Position numbers and translations under genes: made by a program. Positions 1 to 9,837 of a DNA stretch of 64,000 nucleotides are shown here, one piece after another. A model generated the notes under the pieces. The model had not been told where the DNA came from. It saw only the letters and a program-made list of their open reading frames with translations, and did no database searches. The stretch covers positions 32,001-96,000 of the forward strand of contig JBFWNL010000010.1 of assembly GCA_050251055.1 (NCBI GenBank). The letters run 5' to 3'. How positions within the stretch are numbered: the first letter of the stretch is position 1; each line of letters begins with the position of its first letter. The stretch comes from Bacteriovoracia bacterium. GTDB taxonomy: Bacteria; Bdellovibrionota; UBA1018; JBFWNL01.

Positions 1-410
1 AGTCTTCCCGGACCGTTCGTCCAATCGCGGCGGCTTGGACCGCGACGACGGCGCATCAGGGCGAAGCCCTCGAGCGGCTCCACCGCGCGGATCAGGACCG
101 CGCCCGGCACGTGCTCGGCTTCGGTCACGAAATTGAGCATCTCGTACATCCCATAGATAAAATAAACGTAGGCGATTCCCGCCGCCTCGAACATCGGCGA
201 GGTACGCGCGGTTTTTCCCGTCGCTGAATGCGAAGCGGGATCGTCCCCCATATAAGCTTCGGTTTCCACGATGCGCCCCGCGGTGATCTGCTCATACGGG
301 CCGCGCGCCTGGCGGACCACCAGGACTTTTCCCAGTAAATCGCGCGCAACCTCGTGAGTATCGCGCGCAAAAAAACGACGGGGGAGCAGCTTTCGCCGTC
401 CCCCGTCCAA
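1..410 (-). CDS. mpg: DNA-3-methyladenine glycosylase (AAG/MPG family), 3' end outside window
   Basis: Not in ORF track. Manual translation from TTG at 410: [31 protein letters not shown]...[18 protein letters not shown]...[17 protein letters not shown]...[10 protein letters not shown]...WTNGPG, which are typical MPG motifs. Confidence 0.92.
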   Translation of the reverse strand, partial: MDGGRRKLLPRRFFARDTHEVARDLLGKVLVVRQARGPYEQITAGRIVETEAYMGDDPASHSATGKTARTSPMFEAAGIAYVYFIYGMYEMLNFVTEAEHVPGAVLIRAVEPLEGFALMRRRRGPSRRDWTNGPGR

Positions 411-411
411 T

Positions 412-861
412 CTAGCCTTGGAGTTTTTTGGATACGAATTCGCTAATGCGTTTTCCATCCGCCCGCCCCTGCACCTTGGGCAAGAGCACCTTCATGACCT
501 TGCCCATGTCCTTTGGCGTCGTCGCTTGCGCCTCCGCAACCGCGTCGGCTACGAGCTTCGAGAGCTCGTCGTCGCCCAGCTGCTGCGGGAGGTACGACTG
601 CAGAAAGCTCAACTCCGCCGTCTCCGCCGCGACCAAGTCCTCCCGACCACCCTTTTTGAACTGGTCGATCGAGTCTTGGCGCTGCTTTGCCAGCGTCATG
701 ATCACCTTCTGGATACCGGCATCGTCGAGGTCCACGCGATCATCGACCTCTTTCTTGCGAATGGCGGCATGCAGGTTCCGCGCGTAGCCCAGCGTTTCCT
801 TCTGGCCCGACTTCATCGCGGTTTTGATCGCCTCGGAAAGTTTTTCCTTAAGCGTCGGCAT
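412..861 (-). CDS. yqeY: GatB/YqeY domain protein
   Basis: [14 protein letters not shown]...[10 protein letters not shown]...YLPQQL...DMGKVM...GRADGK; directly downstream of rpsU as is usual. Confidence 0.93.
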   Translation of the reverse strand: MPTLKEKLSEAIKTAMKSGQKETLGYARNLHAAIRKKEVDDRVDLDDAGIQKVIMTLAKQRQDSIDQFKKGGREDLVAAETAELSFLQSYLPQQLGDDELSKLVADAVAEAQATTPKDMGKVMKVLLPKVQGRADGKRISEFVSKKLQG

Positions 862-885
862 TGAAACTCCAAATCAGTTTTAAGA

Positions 886-1086
886 TTAATATTCGCGGCG
901 GCGACCAGGCTTCTTGGTAGCGCGCTTGCGAGCGGCGGCCGCTTTCTTCTTTCGCTTCACGGAAGGCTTCTCGTAAGCTTCGCGCTTACGGACTTCGGAA
1001 AGAATGCCGGCTTTCTCACACTGCTTCTTGAAGCGCTTCAAAGCGGCTTCAAACGAATCTCCATCACGGATTACGATTCCAGGCAT
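886..1086 (-). CDS. rpsU: 30S ribosomal protein bS21
   Basis: [35 protein letters not shown]; ATG at 1086 preceded by GGAGGTGA RBS. Confidence 0.97.
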   Translation of the reverse strand: MPGIVIRDGDSFEAALKRFKKQCEKAGILSEVRKREAYEKPSVKRKKKAAAARKRATKKPGRRREY

Positions 1087-1175
1087 TCTCAATCACCTCC
1101 TTCCAATTTGGGATAGGTAACCGGATATATGGGGTTTCCCGAATGAAAGCAAGCCCTTAATCCCCCATTCCGGGG

Positions 1176-2270
1176 CTAGGACACCGGCTCCGTGGTCTTA
1201 ACCACGATAAAACGCCCCACGCCGGCTCCATGGACGCCTAAGTCCGCCTGGACAAAGGTCAGGACCCCGGCCGTGGGGTCGAATCGGAAAGAAAATAGGC
1301 CTTTATTGGTCGAGTCATAAATCAGGGCCGTCTGGCCATCCGGCAAGAAATAAATCGATGCGGCGGAGCCCAGACTACTGACCGTAACGGACGCCACGGC
1401 GGGGGTCTGCACCACCCCATGACTGTCGAGGCGAAACACTTCGACTAGCCCCGTCCCGGTGGTGGCTTGCCACAGGTACTGCCCAGACGGATCGATTCCG
1501 CGTGCGCCCGCGCTCAATCCCCCCGCACTGCCGGCGAGCACGAATCCGCCCGTATTGCGATCGATTGTATAAGTATAGACAACGTTCGACGTCGAGCGCA
1601 GGACGTAATCACCCTCCCCCTGGAATAGGGCGCCTCCCCCGGAGTACCCTTGAAGAAAGGTTGTCACCCCGGAAGCCGCGTCCACCCCGTAAAGATACGT
1701 CTCCGCGGTCTCGGCCCGATTCAAAAAGAAATACTTTCCTTCGGGATGACCAAAACCTCGAATCGTGCTTCCTGAATTAAAGAAAATCGTCGGATTCAAG
1801 CTGGAAGCCGTTAAGCTCCCGTCGTCGGACAAAACTCTCAGGGTTCGAATACCCACCAGTGGTATCGACACGAAAAGAAAACGTTGGTCGACAGAAGCGC
1901 GAACCTCCTGAACTATCCCCGACCCTAAATTTAATGAAGACGCGAAGGCGGGCTCACCCGTGGCTGGGTTGAGCGCATAAGTGTCTACCGTCGGGGGGTT
2001 GACGATCGGTGCCATCCAAAGGAATCGGCCATCCCGAGAAGCCTCGAGTTTATCCGGGTTCGTGTTTTGAGTGGTGACACTCCAGGTCTGGCGGACAAAC
2101 GCACCCGTGGAAGGATTGATCTCGAAGGCCCCCAGCGTCTGTTGGCTAACCGCCGCCATATAGAGAAAATAGTGCACCTTTACGCCGTGGCTGAACTTCG
2201 CGCCGCATCCTGTCCCACCCGCCAGAAGCGATGCGGCAACGAACAGGGGTAGATGAGGAAAACGGGCCAT
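1176..2270 (-). CDS. Secreted/lipoprotein beta-propeller, lactonase (Pgl/YbhE)-like
   Basis: Signal peptide ending GTGC; repeated blade motifs (SRDGRFLW, SVDQRFLF, HPEGKYFF, DPSGQYLW, LPDGQTAL; xxTGxL turns). Confidence 0.7.
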   Translation of the reverse strand: MARFPHLPLFVAASLLAGGTGCGAKFSHGVKVHYFLYMAAVSQQTLGAFEINPSTGAFVRQTWSVTTQNTNPDKLEASRDGRFLWMAPIVNPPTVDTYALNPATGEPAFASSLNLGSGIVQEVRASVDQRFLFVSIPLVGIRTLRVLSDDGSLTASSLNPTIFFNSGSTIRGFGHPEGKYFFLNRAETAETYLYGVDAASGVTTFLQGYSGGGALFQGEGDYVLRSTSNVVYTYTIDRNTGGFVLAGSAGGLSAGARGIDPSGQYLWQATTGTGLVEVFRLDSHGVVQTPAVASVTVSSLGSAASIYFLPDGQTALIYDSTNKGLFSFRFDPTAGVLTFVQADLGVHGAGVGRFIVVKTTEPVS

Positions 2271-2305
2271 GGGGTCAGTATACCCCGCAGCAGGTATTTC
2301 TTGAA
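2271..2305 (-). promoter_or_regulatory. Candidate sigma70 promoter, probably leaderless, for the propeller gene
   Basis: Minus strand TTCAAG-N17-TATACT-N6-ATG with no Shine-Dalgarno. Confidence 0.5.
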
Positions 2306-2349
2306 ACGGGGGAAATCATGCTACTGCTTTTCATAGGGAGATCCCGTTT

Positions 2350-3234
2350 ATGAAATATAGCCACCGGAACCTACTTTGTATTTCCGCCTTACTCGCCGTG
2401 CTGAGCGGCTGCGCCGCCAGCATCGATGACGCCGAAGAAATCGGACAGTCCGTCGGAGACGCCATGGCGTCGGTGGATGAGTCGGCCGGGAACAATTCGG
2501 GAGGATTCGGGTGGCTGCCGTTTGATTCGGGCCGCGCGGTTCGCTACGCGGAACGCACGCCGATGGATACCCTGCAAAACTGGCTAGTCCCCGAAACCCA
2601 AGCGGCCGCATGCTGGGCCACGGCGACATTCGGCACCTGCACGGCCGGCGTGATGACCCGCACCTTCGGTGGCTGCACCTTGGTCGGCGTCACCCTCAAC
2701 GGCACGGTAACGCTGACTTTCAGCGACACCGCTTGCTCGATGGCTAGCACCGGAAATTCCGTCTCCCGTTCGCCTAACTTCACGCTCACGGGACGACGGG
2801 GAGCGACCCTCACGATTTCCCCGGACAACGGCGGATCACAGACGGTCACCCGCACGGGCGCGAACGCGTTCACCTACAGTAATTCCGGAATCCGGCGCGT
2901 AGCGACTAGCGTTGGCGGCGCCACGCTCTTCGATTTATCGTTTAAAACCACGACGGCCATTGGCGTAACGGGAGCAACACGCGCGACCCGCGTACTAGAC
3001 GGCGGCACCTTGCAAATCACCCACAACACCAAGAGTTACGTCGTGGCGCTCAGCCCTTCGCAGGTGACCTGGAGTTCGTCCTGCAGCTGCGCGGTTTCTG
3101 GGACCTGGAGCGGCACCGTCAGCGGGACCTACAGCGGAAACTTCACGGTGGAAATCACGGGTTGCGGCACGGCCAAAGTAACGTCCAACGGCGCTAGCGA
3201 AGACATCACGCTGGATCGTTGCGCGGGAGTTTAA
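2350..3234 (+). CDS. Thr/Gly/Cys-rich lipoprotein, unknown function
   Basis: GGGAG RBS, lipobox LSGC, beta-rich Thr-rich body with multiple Cys. Confidence 0.75.
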   Translation: MKYSHRNLLCISALLAVLSGCAASIDDAEEIGQSVGDAMASVDESAGNNSGGFGWLPFDSGRAVRYAERTPMDTLQNWLVPETQAAACWATATFGTCTAGVMTRTFGGCTLVGVTLNGTVTLTFSDTACSMASTGNSVSRSPNFTLTGRRGATLTISPDNGGSQTVTRTGANAFTYSNSGIRRVATSVGGATLFDLSFKTTTAIGVTGATRATRVLDGGTLQITHNTKSYVVALSPSQVTWSSSCSCAVSGTWSGTVSGTYSGNFTVEITGCGTAKVTSNGASEDITLDRCAGV

Positions 3235-4157
3235 TCCCAGAGCGCGACGAGGAATCCGCCGCCACCGGCGCCGGTCAGTTTCGTCGCGAGCGCGCCTTGG
3301 CGCTTGAGTTCCGCGTGCAACGCAGAAACCGAATCCGGCACGAGCCCCCAGCCTTCGTAACAGCCTTGGCCTTGGGACATCGCCGAAGCCACTCGTTCCA
3401 AACCGCGCGCGCGATCTTCGGATCCGCCCCGGCCAAAAAGCTGTAAACCTTCGATCGCCTCGGCCGTCGCGGCCTTCATCTGGCGATCCAGCGCTTCGCC
3501 CCGCGCGGGATCCAATTCCGCCACCCGCTTCACCTTCTCGATGCAATCGCTGGTACGGCCGCGCACGCGCGTATCGTGGAATGTAAACTTCGGCAGGCCG
3601 CTCGCGAGCAGGAGCGGGGTAATGCCCACCTCCCCGGGTTCGGTCGTACGCCGGTAAACGATCGGTTGACCGCTGGCGACGACAGCCACGTCCATGCCGC
3701 TGCTTTTGCCGTGAAAGTAGTCCTCAAGCTCGGTAGCCACGGCCACCGGCTTTTCGAAGGCATACCCCGTGCGGGCGGAAAACCAACGGGTGACCGCCAC
3801 GCATAACGCGGCCGATGAACCCAGGCCGCCTCCCACGGGGATCGTGCTCTGTATCCGCAGCGTTCCGCCCGGAGCTTTCGCCCCGGACTTTCGCTCTAAC
3901 TGTCGCACCAGCTCGAGCACCGGCGAATAAATATGGTCACGACCGGAACGCCCCACCTTCAACTCACCGGCGCCGTCCGCCTCGAAAGAAAGCGTGAGGG
4001 AATACTCCGGATGTGGCATCGCGATCGCCGAACCCCCGCGCAGCACGGTGTGCTCGCCCGTCAGTACCCATTTCCCGGGTACCGTGACCTGGCTAGCGAG
4101 GAGCCCGCGATCGACGTTCGACTCGGCGGTGCGGAATGTGTCCGACGCGAGAATCAT
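3231..4157 (-). CDS. mvk: Mevalonate kinase (GHMP family)
   Basis: PGKWVLTGEHTV, IPVGGGLGSSAA, HGKSSGMD, KLTGAGGGG; last gene of the mevalonate operon. Confidence 0.88.
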   Translation of the reverse strand: MILASDTFRTAESNVDRGLLASQVTVPGKWVLTGEHTVLRGGSAIAMPHPEYSLTLSFEADGAGELKVGRSGRDHIYSPVLELVRQLERKSGAKAPGGTLRIQSTIPVGGGLGSSAALCVAVTRWFSARTGYAFEKPVAVATELEDYFHGKSSGMDVAVVASGQPIVYRRTTEPGEVGITPLLLASGLPKFTFHDTRVRGRTSDCIEKVKRVAELDPARGEALDRQMKAATAEAIEGLQLFGRGGSEDRARGLERVASAMSQGQGCYEGWGLVPDSVSALHAELKRQGALATKLTGAGGGGFLVALWD

Positions 4158-5311
4158 GACAACAGCTTCGCTCCGTCGCCCTGCGGGTCTTCGAGAAATT
4201 CCAGGTCAGGAAATTTCACGGTCAATAGCTCACGCCACTGCGCGGCCTTGGACTTCGCCACGAGCAGATGTACGTTCGGCCCGGCGTCCAACGTGACAAT
4301 CGGCGGAACCTGGTTATGGTCAAGCGCGGCGTTGTAAAGCGTAGCGAGCCACTTGAGGATCTCGATCGAGCGCGGCTCAAAGTAAGTGAACGGACGCTCG
4401 CAGGTATGAAAAAGACTGTGCATCTCCCAGGCTTCCGCCCAAGCGATCTTGGCGACGCCCGTGAGATCGCCTGAGGCGAGCGCGGTCTCAAGCTGGGTCA
4501 TGCGTCCGGCCACGCGATCCACGCGCCCCGTCCAAAGCGGTGACTGCAGCACGCGCAGGTGCGCTTCGCTGGAAGACACCTGCTTGCTTTCACGGCTCAC
4601 GAGGAGCACGAAATCGACCATCTCGGGCATCTTTGACGTTACGGCGGCGGCACGCTCCCCTTCCCACTTCACCCAAGGGCCTTCGAGCGAGCGGCACGAG
4701 CTGCCCGAACCTTGGCGGGAGAGCGCGGCAAAGGCCCGCCGAAAATCCGCTTGGGTTTGCCAAACCTTTTCGAAAGCCTTCACGTCGCGCGCGAAGGTCG
4801 CGGCGGCGGCGAGGGTGATGGCGGCAAAGCTCGAAGCACTGGACGCGATGCCGGCGGCGGCCGGAAAGGAATTGCAGGTGCGCCAGTTGATATCGCAGTC
4901 GAGATCAAACTGTAGACCGTGGGCGCCGAAGACCTCCGGCACGAAGCGCTGAACGCGCTCAATCTGCTTGTTCACCTTGGTCACGCCATGGTCGTTCAGC
5001 GCCGGCGCCATCCAAGGGGACTGCGGGGCGCGGGACTTAGCGGCCGCCGCCGATTTCGCGGCGCCTTTTTCCGCGGCAGCGGCGGTCAGCTTTTCAAGTT
5101 CCATGCGGGGAAGCTCTGGGATCCAGCGGAATACACACTGTTTTCCCTTCGTCGGCATGCGCTCGAACTCCACCACGGTCTGCAGCGAATTCAGGGTCAT
5201 CGACAGGCTGCCGTTCGCGGGCAGGTTCTGGGAAGCGTCCTTCTTTCCCATGTATTTAATGATCGCGATGTTAGAGGGCGCGCTGGCGAAAATCGACGTT
5301 TTGGTGCTCAT
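4154..5311 (-). CDS. mvaD: Diphosphomevalonate decarboxylase
   Basis: APSNIAIIKYMGK, NSFPAAAGIASSASSFAA, RQGSGSSCRS, TLDAGPNVH. Confidence 0.93.
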   Translation of the reverse strand: MSTKTSIFASAPSNIAIIKYMGKKDASQNLPANGSLSMTLNSLQTVVEFERMPTKGKQCVFRWIPELPRMELEKLTAAAAEKGAAKSAAAAKSRAPQSPWMAPALNDHGVTKVNKQIERVQRFVPEVFGAHGLQFDLDCDINWRTCNSFPAAAGIASSASSFAAITLAAAATFARDVKAFEKVWQTQADFRRAFAALSRQGSGSSCRSLEGPWVKWEGERAAAVTSKMPEMVDFVLLVSRESKQVSSSEAHLRVLQSPLWTGRVDRVAGRMTQLETALASGDLTGVAKIAWAEAWEMHSLFHTCERPFTYFEPRSIEILKWLATLYNAALDHNQVPPIVTLDAGPNVHLLVAKSKAAQWRELLTVKFPDLEFLEDPQGDGAKLLS

Positions 5312-5321
5312 ATGGTCTCCC

Positions 5322-6299
5322 TCATTTCAGGCCGTCCTCGAATTCAATTCCTTGCCAAAGCAGTTTCAGTCCCCGGGCTTCGGCGGTTTGGCGGAGCGCC
5401 GCCGCTTCCGCGGGCCCTAAGCGCGCGGGATCCACGAGCGCCATCATATTATCCGCCAGCAGGGCGCCCCCGCCCTTCACGCCGAGCACGCCGGGAAGCG
5501 CGCGCAAGGCGCGACGATCTTCGGCGGCCTCCGCTAACTCCAGGCCCGCTTCGGACAATGCATTCGCGTAGTCGTCCATCGCCCGACCGAGCGCGGGCAA
5601 ATCGGTTTCCTCGAGCGCGCGCTGGCCGCCGACGGCAACCGCGGTCAAGCGATCGATCAAGTCTCCCGAGTGCTTCGGAAATCCCAAACGGCCAAGCGCC
5701 TGCAGATGCTCGTGCGTGGGAACCTTGCGCCCGGGCTTGCCCGTCGCCGAGAAAACCCAGAACTGCGAACCCCACCCCCGGCGGCAGTCTTCGATCTTCT
5801 CCGCTTCCAAGTGACAAACGGCCAAACCACCGTTGATCTGGGCGGCGAGGTCGGCGCCGCTCGGAGGCAGGGCCTGATCACCGGTCAAGCGGCGGTAGAG
5901 GCGCCAAGCCGCCCATGCGTTCAATTCGGACTTCCGGCCATTGGCTTCCATCACGGCCTGGTAAAGCAGCGCGAACTCGGCGGTGGATCCACCGAACCCC
6001 CCGGCACCCCCGTGAGCGTCGCGGAATTGAAACCACGGGACATTTAACTTCTCATGGGCGGCCCACTTCAATAATAGGCCAGCCGGACTTTCGGGATGGA
6101 ACCCCCCGAGCATTTCCGGCGTTGCTTCCCAGTCGGGCTCCACGACGAGGTGAAAGCGCGGACCGACGGCGGCGACGATCGCGGGCTTGCCCAGGAGGGC
6201 GATGTATTCGCCCAGTAAGAAAATTTTCCCGCCGACGGAGTACTCGCGGCTAGAGCTCGACGGATTCGTTCGCGCGTGCGGGTGGTACGCACTGGTCAC
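5322..6299 (-). CDS. Phosphomevalonate kinase-like GHMP kinase
   Basis: GKIFLLGEY, GFGGSTA, PSGADLAAQINGG, KGGGALLAD; position between mvaA and mvaD. Confidence 0.75.
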   Translation of the reverse strand: MTSAYHPHARTNPSSSSREYSVGGKIFLLGEYIALLGKPAIVAAVGPRFHLVVEPDWEATPEMLGGFHPESPAGLLLKWAAHEKLNVPWFQFRDAHGGAGGFGGSTAEFALLYQAVMEANGRKSELNAWAAWRLYRRLTGDQALPPSGADLAAQINGGLAVCHLEAEKIEDCRRGWGSQFWVFSATGKPGRKVPTHEHLQALGRLGFPKHSGDLIDRLTAVAVGGQRALEETDLPALGRAMDDYANALSEAGLELAEAAEDRRALRALPGVLGVKGGGALLADNMMALVDPARLGPAEAAALRQTAEARGLKLLWQGIEFEDGLK

Positions 6300-7572
6300 G
6301 GATCGCCTCCAATACTTCCTTGGCGTGGGTCAGGTTGATCCGCTTCTCCTGCATGAGCAGCGCGGCCAAGCGCTCGCGGCACTCGGCAATTTCATGGATT
6401 TCCGCACCGGCGGCGATCGCCAAGTTCGCCGCGTGCAACTTCATATGTCCTTGTACGATCCCGACCGTCGAAAGCGCGCGCAGCGCGCCCAGGTTCTGCA
6501 CCAGGCCCACGGCCACGCAGATGCGCGCGAGGTCGTCGGCGTGTTCGATGCCCATCATCTTCAGGGCCACCTTCGCCGTCGGATGCGAGCGGGTCACCCC
6601 GCCCACCGTTCCCACGGCCATCGGGATCTCGATCTGGCCGATCAGATCGCCGCCTTCCATGCGCCAATCGGTGATGGGCTGGTAGCGTCCGGAACGGGAA
6701 GCGTACGCGTGCACGCCCGCTTCCACCGCGCGCCAGTCGTTGCCGGTGGCGATCAAGATGGGGTCAATGCCGTTGAGCACGCCCTTATTGTGCGTGGTCG
6801 CGCGGTAGGGATCGGCCTTCGCGAAGATCGCGGCCTCGCAGATGCCCTTGCCCACGGCGGGATCGATGTCGCGGATGACGATCTCGGCGACGACCAAACG
6901 GCCGTCCGTCAAATTGGAGAGGATGCACATGCCAACGCGCTCGCCGGTCAGCGTTTCGATGCGGGGCTTGAGCGCTTCGCAAACTTGGTTGATAAGGTTC
7001 GCGCCCATGGCGTCGCAGGTGTCGCAAAGGAGGTGGAGCACCAGCATCTGACCGCCGTCCGGGCGATCGAGCACCCGTACGCCGATGTCACGCACGCCGC
7101 CGCCGCGCTTGACGATACCCGGCATGCATTCGTTGCCGAGCTCGATGAGCCGGTCACGGTTTTCGTGCAAGAGGTTGCGCGCGCGCTGGGCGTCGGCGAC
7201 GAGCGGGAGCTGGATCTGGCCAATCACCAAACGACCCTTCACGTAAGTGCGAATATGACCTTCGCGCGCGACCCATTTCGCGGTAGCGCTCGCGGCGGCC
7301 ACGATGGAGGTTTCTTCGACCGCCATCGGGATCAGGACGTTCTTACCGTCGATCTTGAAATAGGTGGCAACTCCCAGGGGAATCGCGAACGTGCCGACCA
7401 CGTTCTCGATGAGGTTGTCGGCCATTTCGGCCGAAAGCGAATCTTCGCCGGAAAGCGCCAGTACTTCCGAATCCGTGAGCCCGCAAAATTTTTGCACGCG
7501 CGCCAAGCGCTCCGTACGAGTCAGCTTATGGAAGCCGGTCATTAATTGCTGTTGTTCTTCTTGATCGAGCAT
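6250..7572 (-). CDS. mvaA: HMG-CoA reductase, class II
   Basis: IENVVG, PMAVEETSIVAA, DAMGAN, DPYRATTHNKG, TGNDWRAVEAG, GIVQGHMKLH; start trimmed to ATG 7572. Confidence 0.95.
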   Translation of the reverse strand: MLDQEEQQQLMTGFHKLTRTERLARVQKFCGLTDSEVLALSGEDSLSAEMADNLIENVVGTFAIPLGVATYFKIDGKNVLIPMAVEETSIVAAASATAKWVAREGHIRTYVKGRLVIGQIQLPLVADAQRARNLLHENRDRLIELGNECMPGIVKRGGGVRDIGVRVLDRPDGGQMLVLHLLCDTCDAMGANLINQVCEALKPRIETLTGERVGMCILSNLTDGRLVVAEIVIRDIDPAVGKGICEAAIFAKADPYRATTHNKGVLNGIDPILIATGNDWRAVEAGVHAYASRSGRYQPITDWRMEGGDLIGQIEIPMAVGTVGGVTRSHPTAKVALKMMGIEHADDLARICVAVGLVQNLGALRALSTVGIVQGHMKLHAANLAIAAGAEIHEIAECRERLAALLMQEKRINLTHAKEVLEAIRDQCVPPARANESVEL

Positions 7573-8627
7573 ATCCCGCTTTTCCCCCTCAACGCGGTCG
7601 GAGAGGAACTTCCAGTGCAAAAGAGCGCCACCTTGAGCTCAAACTCCATTTGTTTCATCCATGAATCCAAGACGGCTTCACCACCCAGCGCCGCCTTCAA
7701 TACCGGCTGCGCGTATCCCACCTGCTTTGATCCTAAGGCGATGAGTTTAGCAGCATCCAAGCCGGAACGCACACCCCCGGACGCCCAAATTTCGGTACCC
7801 CCGGCTCCACCAGAACCGAGTACGTTTTTTGCGGCGACGACCGAATCCACCGTGGTCTCGCCCCAGTTTCCGAAGGTAACCGCCGCGCGCTGCTGCAAAC
7901 TGCCGCTTTCGGCCCGGCTGCCTTCGATGCGGCCCCAATGCGTGCCGCCCAATCCGCTTACGTCGATCGCGGCTAGGCCCACGTTTTTCAGCCGCACGAG
8001 CGTGTTCGACGAAAATCCACAGCCAGTTTCCTTCAGGACCACCGGCACGCCTAATTTGGCGCAAAGAGTTTCAAGCGCTTTCAGGGCTCCACGAAAGTGG
8101 GGCGTCCCTTCGGGCTGGATAGCCTCCTGCATGGCATTCACGTGCACGCAAAGTGCGCTCGCTTCAATCAGGTCGACCAGCTTACGTACGTCGTCGATAG
8201 ACGCGTCGATCAGTTGGCTAATCCCCAAGTTGCCCAAAAGCGTGAGACGCGGGAAGTCCGTCCGAAAACTCTTCCAATGATCAACCGAATGGTAACCAGC
8301 CGCAGACTTCCCTCGTAAAACCTCGAAGTCCCGCCGCTGGGAGCCCACACCCATGGCCCAACCTCGGTTTTGACACGATGCAGCAATTAATCGATTTAGG
8401 GTGGGTGCGTCCGCATGGCCGGCAGTCATGCCACAGACAAAGAACGGGGTGTGCGAAGGCTTGCCTAGGCACTCCGATTCGATGGTAAGATCCTCGAAAT
8501 TCAGCTCTGGGAGCGCCTCATGGGCGAGGCGAACGTCGTCCAAACCACTCAGTCCAGTGGACTGGTTAAGCGGATTAAGGGACTGCTGAATGTGTTCGCG
8601 TTTTCGGTTCTCGAACTGGGGATCCAT
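7542..8627 (-). CDS. fni: Type 2 (FMN-dependent) isopentenyl-diphosphate isomerase
   Basis: RKREHI, HEALPE, GMTAG, MGVGSQR, HVNAMQEAIQPEG, LKETGCG, SGLGGTHW, ASGGVRSG. Confidence 0.95.
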   Translation of the reverse strand: MDPQFENRKREHIQQSLNPLNQSTGLSGLDDVRLAHEALPELNFEDLTIESECLGKPSHTPFFVCGMTAGHADAPTLNRLIAASCQNRGWAMGVGSQRRDFEVLRGKSAAGYHSVDHWKSFRTDFPRLTLLGNLGISQLIDASIDDVRKLVDLIEASALCVHVNAMQEAIQPEGTPHFRGALKALETLCAKLGVPVVLKETGCGFSSNTLVRLKNVGLAAIDVSGLGGTHWGRIEGSRAESGSLQQRAAVTFGNWGETTVDSVVAAKNVLGSGGAGGTEIWASGGVRSGLDAAKLIALGSKQVGYAQPVLKAALGGEAVLDSWMKQMEFELKVALFCTGSSSPTALRGKSGICSIKKNNSN

Positions 8628-8712
8628 TATGTAACCAGGTAATAATTTTGGACTGGTCTTATCATAAATTCGTCAATCGGCACGTCCAAAAAAAACTGCT
8701 AACCTGGGGGTA

Positions 8713-9837
8713 ATGTCCGTGGCGAACGCTACCCAACCCTCACGCGTCAAGCTCTTACTCGTCGCATCATTAGCCCTCTTCGTAGTGGTGGAGATCGTGA
8801 TCCTTTCTCCTAGCACGCTGGACGAACCCTCGACCTGGGGCTTTCGTCCGACCCTGAATCCGCAAGACGCCATCACTCATTTGGGAGTGAATGACGAAAC
8901 GCTCGCACCCGGCATCCCCAAGGGCAAGATCCCCGACTACACGCTCAAGGACTTTAGCTACGCCGCGAACCAAGGCGTGCAGAAAATGTGGCGGTTGCAG
9001 GCAAAGAACGCCGTGATGTTCCAAAAAGAGCAGCTCGTGCATTCGCGCCAGGTGATGGCGCACCTTTACAACGCCGGCGACGAGCCCACCATCGTGACCG
9101 GCAAAGAAGCCAAGTATTTCAGCAACCAGCGTGATCTGGAGGTTTTCGGCGACGTGACCACGGTCTTTCCCGACGGCTTCACGCTCTACAGCCAGTACAT
9201 CTTGTACCACCCCGACACCCGCAAGATCGAAATCCCACCCAACCAACCGGTGCGCGGCGAGGGCATTTCCGACGAGGAAAAAACCCTGAGTTTCACGAGT
9301 GAAGGCATGGACTTCTCGATGGAGAAAAACCATATCGTCCTGCCCAAGCACGTACGCCTAAAGATGAAGCGGAACGTCCCGAGGACGGCGAACACGCAAG
9401 GCGTGGCGGACGACACCACGATCGAAGCGGACCGCTGCGAGATCGATCGGATCGCGCGCACCGCGGATTTCTCGATGGATCGCCGGCGTCCGATCGCCGA
9501 GCGTTTCGTCAAAACCCGCCAGGAAAAGCTGCTCGTATACAGCCGCACCGGGCAGCTGAATTACGGCGAGTTTTCCACGCAGCTCAATTACATGAAAGCA
9601 TTCGACGACGTGCTGATCTACGACACGAGCGTGCGGGACCGGAAAAATTCGGAAGGCGCGAAGTATGCGACGTGCGGGCAGGCGGATTTCGACACGCGCA
9701 AAAACATCATTATCCTCAGGAAATTTCCGCAGGTTTATCAAAATTCTGATACCGTGACCGGGGAAACGATCCTGATCCACAAGGAAACGGACATCGTCGA
9801 GGTCGACCATAGCAATGCTTACAGCGAAGGAAGATGA
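8713..9837 (+). CDS. lptC: LPS export periplasmic protein, LptC with additional LptA/OstA-like beta-jellyroll domain
   Basis: Single N-terminal TM helix, beta-rich repeats, C-terminal PQVYQNSDTVTGETI LptA-like motif; immediately upstream of lptB. Confidence 0.75.
   Translation: MSVANATQPSRVKLLLVASLALFVVVEIVILSPSTLDEPSTWGFRPTLNPQDAITHLGVNDETLAPGIPKGKIPDYTLKDFSYAANQGVQKMWRLQAKNAVMFQKEQLVHSRQVMAHLYNAGDEPTIVTGKEAKYFSNQRDLEVFGDVTTVFPDGFTLYSQYILYHPDTRKIEIPPNQPVRGEGISDEEKTLSFTSEGMDFSMEKNHIVLPKHVRLKMKRNVPRTANTQGVADDTTIEADRCEIDRIARTADFSMDRRRPIAERFVKTRQEKLLVYSRTGQLNYGEFSTQLNYMKAFDDVLIYDTSVRDRKNSEGAKYATCGQADFDTRKNIIILRKFPQVYQNSDTVTGETILIHKETDIVEVDHSNAYSEGR

Noticed and set aside
5020-5095. Ala/Lys-rich insertion in MvaD as a possible intein or repeat element
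   Set aside because: Short low-complexity loop with no intein motifs or exact DNA repeat
6187-7545. 452-aa plus-strand ORF
   Set aside because: Antisense shadow of mvaA, typical of high-GC codon bias; no motifs
8676-8700. CGGCACG...TGC as a sigma54 promoter for lptC-lptB-rpoN
   Set aside because: GG-to-GC spacing is not the required 10 nt
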